Source of the DNA: an uncultured Anaerolineae bacterium
GTDB lineage: Bacteria; Chloroflexota; Anaerolineae; CAYNKW01
Length of the DNA stretch: 44,088 nt
Direction of reading: 5' to 3'
Assembly (NCBI GenBank): GCA_964397845.1
Contig: CAYNKW010000004.1
Coordinates: forward strand, 1-44,088
This document shows positions 1-8,303 of the stretch, in pieces (position 1 is the first letter of the stretch; every line of letters begins with the position of its first letter). The notes under the pieces were generated by a model. That model did no database searches and was not told the origin of the DNA. It saw only the letters and a program-made list of their open reading frames with translations. The translations under genes were made by a program, and so were the position numbers.

Positions 1-1
1 T

Positions 2-169
2 TCCCGTTTGTCGGTTACGAACTATCAAAATTTCCTCTCCGACAGACTGCTAGAGGAATGGGTAAGGACAGCAAAACCTATGCTGCCGCCGATACCGGGA
101 CTTGGCAGGGATTTCGACGACGAGGAAATCCGAAAGCGGTTGCAGGCACTAGGCTATATTGGTGTTTGA
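2..169 (+). CDS. 3' end of a CDS entering from upstream (partial); tail resembles the alkaline-phosphatase-family protein at 32066..33649
   Basis: Frame 2 is open from the window edge to TGA 167-169. The translated tail ..GRDFDDEEIRKRLQALGYIGV* parallels ..PEEEEQVLKERLRGLGYID* of the 32066 gene. Confidence 0.4.
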   Translation, partial: SRLSVTNYQNFLSDRLLEEWVRTAKPMLPPIPGLGRDFDDEEIRKRLQALGYIGV

Positions 170-304
170 TACGCTGCGAAGTTACCTGATAGCTCCCCCA
201 TCTGTGTACCGGTCAGCGATTGGTGGCTAATGCATGGTTGATGTGTGGTAGCGAGCAGCAAGTTTGACAACATACAGCTTTTCCAGTCTCCCACGGAGGA
301 ATGA

Positions 305-1558
305 ATGCGACTGCTATTTATCTCAAATTTCTACCCACCCGCCCACCTGGGCGGCAAAGAACTCCGTTGTCAGCAAGTCGTCCAGGGATTGCAGTCGAGA
401 GGACATACCTGCCTGGTGCTAACCGGCGATTTTGACCCGCCTGGCGTTACGCTGCCCGATCAACCAGGCGTCCGGCGCGTGTTGGCCCTGGAGGCCGACG
501 TATATTACTACCGTCCCCTGAACCATTTGTTACACTATCCAGCGCGGTTACGAGCTAATCTGAACGTTCTAGAAGCGACTGTATCTGAGTACAAGCCCGA
601 TCTGGCGTTCATCTGGGGCACGTGGAACCTGTCGCCAGCTCTGGCTGCGGTGGCAGAAGAGCTATTGCCAGGCCGGGTGGTGTATTCCTTTGGTGGCTGC
701 ACACCCATTGAGCCCGACCCGCACGAGCAATTCTGGCATGCCCAGGATGGCAATTGGTTGAGACGACAGTTCTGTCGGGCTTTGGCTCCATTAGCCCTTT
801 CGCCAAGATACAGACCAGTCCAGGCACGTTCATTAGAATTTGCTCACGCCATCACCTGTTCGCAGTTTGTGCTAAGGCAACTGCGAACAGGTGGCTTAAC
901 CTTACCCCATGCCAAGGCCGTGCTCAGTGGGATAGACACGAACCATTTTGTGCCTGCCTCCATGACTAAACCACACTCTTCGGATGAGTTGAAGGCAATC
1001 TATGCCGGCGGAATCGCATTTCACAAGGGTGTTCACACGGCCATAGAGGCTATACGGTTGCTTGTCGAACAAGGGTGGCGAAAAGTCAGTCTTACAATTG
1101 TTGGACAGGGTCATCCTGTATATCGTGCCAGCCTGGAAGAGATGGTAACCCAGGCTGCCCTGGAAAGACGGGTGCATTTCCATCCGGCAGTGCCCAGGCA
1201 TGACATGCCCCATTTGTTGCAACATTCTGATGTGTTGGTTCTTCCTACGATCGGGAATGAACCTTTGAGTCGCGTGGTTATGGAGGCTATGGCCTGTGGC
1301 CTGGTCGTCGTAGCCACTAACACTGGCGGAACCCCAGAGATGATTGCGGACGGCAGCAGCGGTCTGTTGTTTGACCCAGGCGATAGCATGAGTCTAGCCA
1401 ACCATCTACGCCTGGTCGCTACGGACGGCGAGTTAAGGCAGCGATTATCAACAGCAGCCCGCCAGACAGCCGAGGCACGATTCTGCCTAGGCCGGATGAT
1501 TGGCGAGATTGAGGCGTTCTTGGAAGAGGTATTAACTGAAACGCAGAATCTGTCCTGA
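305..1558 (+). CDS. Glycosyltransferase, GT4 family (GT-B fold)
   Basis: GGAGG lies 5 nt upstream of ATG 305. N-terminus MRLLFISNFYPP. The donor-binding block NEPLSRVVMEAMACGLVVVATNTGGTPEMI is typical of Glycos_transf_1. Confidence 0.9.
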   Translation: MRLLFISNFYPPAHLGGKELRCQQVVQGLQSRGHTCLVLTGDFDPPGVTLPDQPGVRRVLALEADVYYYRPLNHLLHYPARLRANLNVLEATVSEYKPDLAFIWGTWNLSPALAAVAEELLPGRVVYSFGGCTPIEPDPHEQFWHAQDGNWLRRQFCRALAPLALSPRYRPVQARSLEFAHAITCSQFVLRQLRTGGLTLPHAKAVLSGIDTNHFVPASMTKPHSSDELKAIYAGGIAFHKGVHTAIEAIRLLVEQGWRKVSLTIVGQGHPVYRASLEEMVTQAALERRVHFHPAVPRHDMPHLLQHSDVLVLPTIGNEPLSRVVMEAMACGLVVVATNTGGTPEMIADGSSGLLFDPGDSMSLANHLRLVATDGELRQRLSTAARQTAEARFCLGRMIGEIEAFLEEVLTETQNLS

Positions 1559-1573
1559 GTCTTGGAGGTTAAC

Positions 1574-2827
1574 ATGAGGATCTTGTTAATTACCAACTAC
1601 TACCCGCCCTGCGACTATGGCTGGGGTTATATGCAACTGTGCGAAGAAGTGGCCGACGGCCTGTCTGCCAGAGGACACGCCATCGCTGTGCTGACCAGCA
1701 CTTACCGCGACGGTGACGAAATCGCCCGGCCGTATCCGGTCCATCGGCTCCTGCGCATAGACCCTGACTGGCACGGTGGCAGACTGGCTGCCTGGCAGTT
1801 CTTTGTTGGCCGCCGTCAACGAGAACGGCGAGCCGATGCCCATTTGCGCCAACTGGTAGCCGGGTTTCGCCCAGACGTGGTCTTTGTCTGGCACACACTG
1901 GGCTTGCCCAGGGTGCTATTTCGACAGGCCGAACAATTGCCAGGTGTGGTCGTAGCCTATTACCTGGCTGACTATCTGCCTGAAATGCCCGACGAGTATA
2001 TCGCCTATTGGCGGTTGCCGCCTGTTCACTGGACAGCCAAGCTGCTCAAACGCCCGCTGACCAGGTTGGCGCTCTACATGCTCGCCCGTGAAGGCAAGCC
2101 CATCTTGCTCAAATATGAGAACGCCATCTGCGTCAGCGATTACGTCCGGCGTCGGCTGGTTGGTCAGAAGCTGATTCCGCCAACTGCCGTGGTCATTCAC
2201 AACGGTATTGATGTCCAGCAGTTCCGTTCGAGTGGGCGCCGTCGCGACTTTTCCCAGTCGGTCTCGTTATTGTACGCTGGACGATTAGAATCCCATAAGG
2301 GGGTTCATCACATTCTTGAAGCGCTATCTTTACTGTCCAAGGAACAACAAAAACGTATCGGACAATTGGCAATAGTTGGGAATGGAGAGCCTGCGTACTC
2401 TTCCCGGCTATTGCAGATCACAAAGCGTCTGGGATTGCCTTCATTGGTTCGTTTTGGGCCACCTGTACCTCGCAGCCAGATGCCCGCTTTGCTTGACAGG
2501 TTCGATGTGCTGATTCTTCCGTCTTCCCTCGAAGCTCTATCGAGAATGATGCAAGAGGCGATGGCGATGGGTCTGCTGATCATCAGCACGAACACGGGGG
2601 GCAGCAGGGAACTGTTGGCGCACGAAGGGACCGGCCTCGTCTTTGAGCCCGGAGAGCCAGAATCACTGGCTGCTCAACTCTCCTATGCATTGAACAAGCC
2701 AGACTTGGCAGCGCGGTTGGCCAAGGCGGGGCGACAGACGGTGATAGATAATTTTGACATAAGGTGTACTGTCGAGCAGATCGAAACCTATTTGCTCGAT
2801 CTGGTGGATAGCGAAGGTGCTTTGTAG
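1574..2827 (+). CDS. Glycosyltransferase, GT4 family
   Basis: ATG 1574 is preceded by GGAGG (1564-1568); the ORF-track start at 1562 is TTG. MRILLITNYYPP..; SLEALSRMMQEAMAMGLLIISTNTGGSRELL. Confidence 0.9.
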   Translation: MRILLITNYYPPCDYGWGYMQLCEEVADGLSARGHAIAVLTSTYRDGDEIARPYPVHRLLRIDPDWHGGRLAAWQFFVGRRQRERRADAHLRQLVAGFRPDVVFVWHTLGLPRVLFRQAEQLPGVVVAYYLADYLPEMPDEYIAYWRLPPVHWTAKLLKRPLTRLALYMLAREGKPILLKYENAICVSDYVRRRLVGQKLIPPTAVVIHNGIDVQQFRSSGRRRDFSQSVSLLYAGRLESHKGVHHILEALSLLSKEQQKRIGQLAIVGNGEPAYSSRLLQITKRLGLPSLVRFGPPVPRSQMPALLDRFDVLILPSSLEALSRMMQEAMAMGLLIISTNTGGSRELLAHEGTGLVFEPGEPESLAAQLSYALNKPDLAARLAKAGRQTVIDNFDIRCTVEQIETYLLDLVDSEGAL

Positions 2828-4045
2828 ATGCAAATCTTGTTCCTCTCCACCTGGTTTCCCTATCCACCCGACAACGGTTCCAAGATCCGGGTATACCACC
2901 TGCTCCGCGCTCTTGGCGCCAGGCACAAGGTTACTCTTCTGTCCTTTGCCTTCGAGACGGCGAACCCAGAGGGTGCTAACGAGCTGCATCATTTCTGTGC
3001 AGACGTCCAAACGGTACAGTGTAACCCTTTTGATCGCAGCCGCGTCGCCAATACCTTGCGCTTTCTTTCGCCAGTCCCAATTGTGACGAACCCCCTGCCG
3101 GAAATGACCCAGGCTGTTCGCAGCGCTCTGGCGCAGACTAACTTTGATGTGGTCGTCGCTTCTACCGGGGTGATGGCGACCTACGGGTTGCTGGCCCCCC
3201 AGGCAACAGTCAAAGTTCTGGAAGAGCACAATTCCCTCACTCGCTGGATGTGGGAGCGCTATAGAGAGCAGAATTCAACCGTGCAACGCCTGCGCTGTTG
3301 GCTAAGCTGGCAAAAAACCCGCTACTACGAAGCCCGGCTGTTCCGCCGGTTTGGCCTGTGTATGATGGTTTCTGAGCAAGACCGTAAAACCAGCCGGTAC
3401 ACATTACCTGGTTATCACGGGCGGGTCAAAGTCGTGCCCAACGGCGTGGACTGCCAGCACAACCGCCCTGGCCTGGCCCGGCCCACGCCCAAAGCACTGG
3501 TCTTCAACGGCGCCCTTACCTACAGTGCCAATTACGACGCCATGCAGTACTTTCTGGCCGAAATCTACCCCCTCATCCAGCAACAAGAGCCTGATGTGTC
3601 GTTGACCATCACTGGCTCCACCTCCGGCGTGCGCCTCTCTGGTTTGCAGTTGGATGAAAGCGTCCGTCTCAGCGGCTACGTGGACGACGTCCGCCCCGTG
3701 GTGGCCGGCGCCTGGGCCTGCGTTGTGCCCATCTGTCAGGGCGGCGGCACCCGGCTCAAGATCCTGGAGGCCATGGCCCTGGGCACGCTGGTGGTGACCA
3801 CGTCCAAAGGAGCAGAAGGGCTGGATGTGACACCCAACTACAATATCCTGATTGCCGACGAACCGGCAGAATTCGCGGCCCAAGTGATCCACCTGCTGCG
3901 CGATCCAGTCCTGCGCCGGCGGCTAACAATCAATGCCCGTCGCCTCGTCGAGCAACGTTACGACTGGGCACCGATCGGCCAACGTTTTGTAGATCTGATC
4001 GAGGAGGTTGCCAGCAAGCATATGCGCGCGGGAGTTCCGTCATGA
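2828..4045 (+). CDS. Glycosyltransferase, GT4 family; N-terminus resembles the PEP-CTERM/EpsH1-system-associated sugar transferase subfamily
   Basis: The ATG directly abuts the upstream TAG. MQILFLSTWFPYPPDNGSKIRVYHLLRAL..; GGGTRLKILEAMALGTLVVTTSKGAEGL. Confidence 0.85.
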   Translation: MQILFLSTWFPYPPDNGSKIRVYHLLRALGARHKVTLLSFAFETANPEGANELHHFCADVQTVQCNPFDRSRVANTLRFLSPVPIVTNPLPEMTQAVRSALAQTNFDVVVASTGVMATYGLLAPQATVKVLEEHNSLTRWMWERYREQNSTVQRLRCWLSWQKTRYYEARLFRRFGLCMMVSEQDRKTSRYTLPGYHGRVKVVPNGVDCQHNRPGLARPTPKALVFNGALTYSANYDAMQYFLAEIYPLIQQQEPDVSLTITGSTSGVRLSGLQLDESVRLSGYVDDVRPVVAGAWACVVPICQGGGTRLKILEAMALGTLVVTTSKGAEGLDVTPNYNILIADEPAEFAAQVIHLLRDPVLRRRLTINARRLVEQRYDWAPIGQRFVDLIEEVASKHMRAGVPS

Positions 4046-5478
4046 TCGGCGACATCCGACGCAGGCTCCGTACTGGCCGATGGTGGACCTGGGCAGCGGC
4101 TGCGGTCGTGTTGCTTGGGGCGGCCTTCCTCGGCTCCCGCCCTTCTCCGCGCTGGTTGGTCTTGCTCGGAGCAGGCATGGGCGCCGTTGTTTTGTTGCAA
4201 TGGCCGATCCTGGGCCTCCTGGCCCTGGTGCCTGCTGCCCTGGTCGTCCCGTTGGAGTTCGGCACCGGCACGGCCGTCGCTGTGAACCCGGCCACGTTGC
4301 TAGTGCCGGCCTTGTTCGTCCTCTGGTTACTGGACATGGTGCGCCAGCGAGATCTGCGCCTGGTCCCATCGCGCACCACCAGACCTCTGTCGCTCTTTCT
4401 GCTCGCTGGCTTGGTCTCTCTCCTGGTAGGCAACGCCCTCTGGGACCCGGCCGTGCCCCGCTCCGGAAGCTTTACCCTGGTGCAACTGGCACAGTGGGCC
4501 ATCTTTGCCTTCTCCGCTGGCGCCTTTTGGCTGACGGGCAACCTGGTGCGCGATGAGGTTTGGTTGCGCCGTCTGACTTTCCTCTCCCTGGCTGTGGCCG
4601 GCAGCGTGGCTATCGTTTTCGTGCTAATCGGCGGCGTTAGTCTGGTGAGCCATCGTGTGGTTACAGTTGCCCTGATCCGGGCCCCCTTCTGGCTGTTGCT
4701 GGCCGCCCTGGCTGGTGGGCAATTGCTCTTCAATCGGGAGCTCTCCTCTGGCTGGCGTTCCTTCCTGGTGGCTACCCTGGGAGCGGTGCTGGTCTACGTC
4801 TTTCACTTGCAGCGAGAAGTGGCGTCCCACTGGGTTGGCGTGGCCGCCGTGGCGGGCGTGCTGGCCTGGCTGCGCTGGCCGCGCCTGCGCTGGCCGGTTG
4901 TGGTTCTGCTGTTGGTGCTGGCCAGCACTGGCGTGCTCTCTTCAACCATCTACGACTTTGCCGGTGGCGATGCCGAGTGGTCTGAGAGCGGCGGCTCGCG
5001 CCTGGCGCTCATTGGCCGCGTCGTCGAGGTGACCATGCGCAACCCCATTACTGGTCTGGGGCCGGCCGCCTATCGCTCTTATGCCCGAATGAGACCTTTG
5101 CCTTACGGGAGAGCGCTGTGGCTCGAACCCAATGTCTCATCCCACAACAACTACGTGGACCTGTTTTCACACATTGGCTTGCTGGGATTGGGGCTTTTCT
5201 TCTGGTTTGCAGCGGAGCTGACCAGGTTGGGTTTGCGATTGCGAACTCAATTTACCAAAGGCTTTGCTGCTGGTTACGTGAACGCTATGCTGGCCGCCTG
5301 GGCCGGAGCGCTGACACTGATGCTGATGGCCGACTGGATCCTGCCCTTTGTTTACAACATCGGCTTCTCCGGCTTTCAGGCCAGTGTGTTGGTGTGGTTG
5401 TTCCTGGGCGGGCTGGTGGCGCTGGAGCAAATGGCAAATGGCAAATGGCGAATGGGCGGAAAGCAAGAGATGAAGTGA
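4042..5478 (+). CDS. O-antigen ligase/polymerase (Wzy_C) family polytopic membrane protein
   Basis: ATGA start/stop overlap with the upstream GT. Many hydrophobic segments. The loop block SSHNNYVDLFSHIGLLGLGLFFWF is typical of the O-antigen ligase family. Confidence 0.8.
   Translation: MIGDIRRRLRTGRWWTWAAAAVVLLGAAFLGSRPSPRWLVLLGAGMGAVVLLQWPILGLLALVPAALVVPLEFGTGTAVAVNPATLLVPALFVLWLLDMVRQRDLRLVPSRTTRPLSLFLLAGLVSLLVGNALWDPAVPRSGSFTLVQLAQWAIFAFSAGAFWLTGNLVRDEVWLRRLTFLSLAVAGSVAIVFVLIGGVSLVSHRVVTVALIRAPFWLLLAALAGGQLLFNRELSSGWRSFLVATLGAVLVYVFHLQREVASHWVGVAAVAGVLAWLRWPRLRWPVVVLLLVLASTGVLSSTIYDFAGGDAEWSESGGSRLALIGRVVEVTMRNPITGLGPAAYRSYARMRPLPYGRALWLEPNVSSHNNYVDLFSHIGLLGLGLFFWFAAELTRLGLRLRTQFTKGFAAGYVNAMLAAWAGALTLMLMADWILPFVYNIGFSGFQASVLVWLFLGGLVALEQMANGKWRMGGKQEMK
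5428..5455 (+). repeat. Tandem heptanucleotide tract CAAATGG x3 + CGAATGG inside the 3' end of the Wzy-like gene
   Basis: Read directly: caaatgg caaatgg caaatgg cgaatgg. Confidence 0.95.
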
Positions 5479-5505
5479 AGATCTGGGGAACAACCAGGAG
5501 GAAGT

Positions 5506-5893
5506 CTAGGATTGCACCCAGCTCTCCAGGGGCAGGCGGGGGATGCGGCGGAAATGCTCTACGTTGTTGGTCACAAGGGTCAAACCATGGGTCAGCACCG
5601 TCGCGGCAATCACCAGATCAAAGTCTTCTATGAGCATTCCCTGCTTGCGTAGTAACGCTTTGAGGTCGCCAAAGATGCGGGCAATCTCCGAATCAACTCC
5701 CAATACAGTGATGCCACTGAAAGTCATCAATGGCCTGATGATTGGCCTCAGGTCGAGCCGAACAGGCTGCCCCGTAGCGTAGCTCCGCCAGCGTGATCAC
5801 CGAGACGCCTGTTGCCTCAGGGCCGATGGCGGACGGACTCATGTCCACACAGCCAGAAGACGCAGGTGTCGGTATCCAGCAGGAATTTCACAG
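5506..5893 (-). pseudogene. vapC: PIN-domain VapC toxin, disrupted by two frameshifts
   Basis: GTG 5891-5889 overlaps the antitoxin TGA (GTGA). Frame a reads VKFLLDTDTCVFWLCGHESVRHRP*. Frame b reads ..IGPEATGVSVITLAELRYGAACSARPEANHQAIDDF... Frame c (ORF 5506..5730) reads ..SGITVLGVDSEIARIFGDLKALLRKQGMLIEDFDLVIAATVLTHGLTLVTNNVEHFRRIPRLPLESW. Concatenated, these form a canonical VapC. Confidence 0.8.
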
Positions 5894-6139
5894 CGCAGGC
5901 GGCTCCATCCTTGACCGGCGGGCCTCGTGAATATCCTGCAGCGTTGACTCTACCGGCCGGTCATCCTGCCAGGCACCGAAAGAAGCCCAGAAGCGTGCCA
6001 CATCTCGTGGCAGCAATCCTTCCTCGCGAGCAGGCTCCACAAAGGTAACCAGAACACGGTAAGGCTCTTGTACAGGAGCCGTTTCCAGCAACTGAATTTG
6101 TTTACCGTCATATACGGCTGGCACAGATATCAGCGGCAT
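5888..6139 (-). CDS. vapB: Type II antitoxin (VapB-like), 83 aa
   Basis: ATG 6139 with GGAG about 9 nt upstream. MPLISVPAVYDGKQIQLLETAPVQEPYRVLVTF.. followed by a C-terminal tail. The stop overlaps the vapC start. The 143-aa ORF-track version is an upstream extension. Confidence 0.7.
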   Translation of the reverse strand: MPLISVPAVYDGKQIQLLETAPVQEPYRVLVTFVEPAREEGLLPRDVARFWASFGAWQDDRPVESTLQDIHEARRSRMEPPAL

Positions 6140-6289
6140 GGTTTGCTCCTTCTCACAATCGAGACTTGACTTTAAGGCTATTGTACCACGAGCCGATGAA
6201 CTCGACAAGTAAAGTAACCTGCTTTCAACGCCATTGTACCATAACCCGGCGGGCCTGGCAAACAGGTCCACGCCAGAGAGTGAGGACCC

Positions 6290-7315
6290 ATGGTTGAGCC
6301 GCAACTCCCAGCACGACACAAAGTGGATATCTCGATCATCATTGTCAACTGGAACACGCGAGAGTTGCTGGCGCGGTGCTTGCAGTCGGTGATTTCAAGT
6401 TTCGAGTCTCAGGTCTCGAGTCCGGCGAGCCAACCCGCAACCCGCAACCCGCAACCCGCAACCCGCAACCTGCAACCTGCAACCCGCAACCTGCAACCTG
6501 CAACTTGTGAGGTGTTTGTGGTGGACAACGCCTCGACCGACGGCAGCGCCCAGATGGTGCGAGAGTGCTTCCCCTGGGTGCGGCTCATCGAGAACGCGGA
6601 GAACGTTGGCTTTGCTCGGGCCAACAACCAGGCCATCAGCCAGAGTCAGGGGTGCTACGTCCTGCTGCTCAACAGCGACACCGAGGTGTACCCTGGGGCA
6701 CTGAAGACGACGGTTCAGTTCATGGAGGGGCGTCCTCAGGCTGGCGGATGTGGGCCGCGGCTGCTAAACGCCGGCGGCAGCCTGCAGGTCTCGTGCCACC
6801 CTATGCTGACGCCGGAGCGCGAGTTCTGGCGGCTGCTGTTCCTGGAACGGCTGTGGCGCCGGGCGACCTACGCTCAAGAACGCTGGGACCGGCAGGTGCC
6901 GCGCTCGGTAGAGGTGATCAAGGGGGCCTGCTTCCTGCTGCGGCGGACGGCGCTGGAGCAAGTGGGATCGCTGGATGAAGGGTATTTCATGTACACCGAG
7001 GAGATGGATCTGTGCTACCGTCTGCTGCGGGCCGGGTGGCAGCTTTGGTGGATGCCGCAGGCCGTGGTGAAGCATTATGGGGAGGCCAGTTCAAAACAGG
7101 TGGCCGAGGCGATGTACGTGCAACTCTATCGCAGCAAAGTCCAGTTCTACCGCAAGTTCGGCGGGCCGCGCCGGGCGACTCGCTTCAAGCGTCTGCTGCG
7201 CCTGGCCTACGGGCCTCGACTGATTGTTGCTGCCCTGGGCGCTCTCTTTTCACCATCTCTGGCCACCCGGGCGCGTACCTATCGCCGCCTGCTGGCCGAA
7301 CTGCCAGCGATGTAA
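6290..7315 (+). CDS. Glycosyltransferase, GT2 family (GT-A fold), carrying an internal heptamer-repeat insert
   Basis: [21 protein letters not shown] .. [16 protein letters not shown] .. LLLNSDTEV .. [10 protein letters not shown] are typical Glycos_transf_2 blocks. Confidence 0.9.
   Translation: MVEPQLPARHKVDISIIIVNWNTRELLARCLQSVISSFESQVSSPASQPATRNPQPATRNLQPATRNLQPATCEVFVVDNASTDGSAQMVRECFPWVRLIENAENVGFARANNQAISQSQGCYVLLLNSDTEVYPGALKTTVQFMEGRPQAGGCGPRLLNAGGSLQVSCHPMLTPEREFWRLLFLERLWRRATYAQERWDRQVPRSVEVIKGACFLLRRTALEQVGSLDEGYFMYTEEMDLCYRLLRAGWQLWWMPQAVVKHYGEASSKQVAEAMYVQLYRSKVQFYRKFGGPRRATRFKRLLRLAYGPRLIVAALGALFSPSLATRARTYRRLLAELPAM
6431..6507 (+). repeat. Eleven tandem heptamers CAACC(C/T)G (last unit CAACTTG), in-frame inside the GT2 gene
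   Basis: Read directly: 5x caacccg, caacctg, caacctg, caacccg, caacctg, caacctg, caacttg. Translated as [14 protein letters not shown] repeats. Confidence 0.97.
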
Positions 7316-7322
7316 AGGGAGA

Positions 7323-8243
7323 TTAATCATCTTTCAGAATCAGCGGCAGATAAGTTAGGTAGGGGTTGGCAATGACGATGACCATGGCGGTACTGGACTC
7401 GGCGCCCGCTTCGCTCAGTTCGGCGGTGTTGGTGAGAGCCCGGTGGTCACTGGTGGTGATGGTAATGATGTAACTGATGGTCACCTCCTGGCCTGCTGGC
7501 GGGGTATCGCTCCACGTCAGGCGGTGTTGATCGCTGTCATAATCAGGCATAACACTGGTGCCTTCCAACCCAAAGTTGCCTGGCGCGCTTACACCTGTAG
7601 ACAGCGTATCAGTGAGGGTGAGAGTGCTATGATTACCTAAAAAACTCAGGGTATAGGTGATGGCGTTGCCCTGGTAGCCGAAGGATGGAGTAGCGACCTT
7701 TTTGAAATAACGTACGGCCTGTATGGTGACGATAAGGTTTTGGATGTAGAAGAGGTCGCCTCTGACAAAGGCAGGGACGTCCAAGTATTTCAACAGTTCC
7801 TCTCGGTCTTCTTGGAGAATTAGGGCTTTGGCCTGAAATAAAGAGTTAGAGTCATATAGAGGCTGTATAACCCCTTCACAAAATGTCTGTTCTGTCTTTG
7901 TTTGAAACCAATAAGGAGCCACATAGTTATATTCATCAATGGCTTCCTGTATTTTTGCCAAAGCATTATCGTGCAGATATTGTCCCAGTTCGGGCACAAG
8001 GTATATAAAATTTCTGGCCACGTTTAGTGTTCGTCTGTAATCATAGTAGTCCGGCCAGGGCGCATCTTTGTCAAATTCTGTTACTCTCAGGGCAAGCAGC
8101 CTATCGAGCTCAGTCCTAATTTCAGTGGACTCGGGATATCCGGCTAGTTTTTCTAATTCGAGGTACCCCCAGTAGCCGGCGATATATGCATTATGCACAT
8201 GGACATTTTCTAACAAATAGGCATCAGAAGGCGGCGATTGCAA
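7323..8243 (-). CDS. C-terminal portion of the upstream beta-propeller protein (helical region + DUF11-like domain + YLPLILK tail); separated from it only by one in-frame TAG
   Basis: No signal peptide of its own. The frame is open from 8303 down to 7323. Ends ..TITTSDHRALTNTAELSEAGAESSTAMVIVIANPYLTYLPLILKDD*. Confidence 0.7.
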   Translation of the reverse strand: MQSPPSDAYLLENVHVHNAYIAGYWGYLELEKLAGYPESTEIRTELDRLLALRVTEFDKDAPWPDYYDYRRTLNVARNFIYLVPELGQYLHDNALAKIQEAIDEYNYVAPYWFQTKTEQTFCEGVIQPLYDSNSLFQAKALILQEDREELLKYLDVPAFVRGDLFYIQNLIVTIQAVRYFKKVATPSFGYQGNAITYTLSFLGNHSTLTLTDTLSTGVSAPGNFGLEGTSVMPDYDSDQHRLTWSDTPPAGQEVTISYIITITTSDHRALTNTAELSEAGAESSTAMVIVIANPYLTYLPLILKDD

Positions 8244-8303
8244 TCTCTCTTCACTGTTATCAAATATCTCTTTAGCTATGCCTGGTGATTCCCCTTCAAA
8301 AAC

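Noticed and set aside
3930-4733. 267-aa minus-strand ORF, and similar long antisense ORFs at 10920..11576, 14711..15424, 17972..18853, 34661..35542, 38629..39567 and 41100..42002
   Set aside because: All lie antisense to, or out of frame with, well-supported high-GC genes. Their translations are Arg/Pro/Gly/Ser-rich low-complexity strings without recognisable motifs or RBS, which is the typical pattern of shadow ORFs in GC-rich DNA.
6140-6319. Upstream 60 codons of the 143-aa minus-strand ORF (antitoxin)
   Set aside because: There is no homology signal. An internal ATG at 6139 has GGAG at proper spacing and gives a typical ~83-aa antitoxin. The extension would also run into the divergent GT2 start region.
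6431-6507. Possibility that the heptamer arrays are CRISPR-like or a STRR-type intergenic element
   Set aside because: The units are contiguous with no spacers, are only 7 nt long, and lie inside continuous ORFs. This is a microsatellite, not a CRISPR array.
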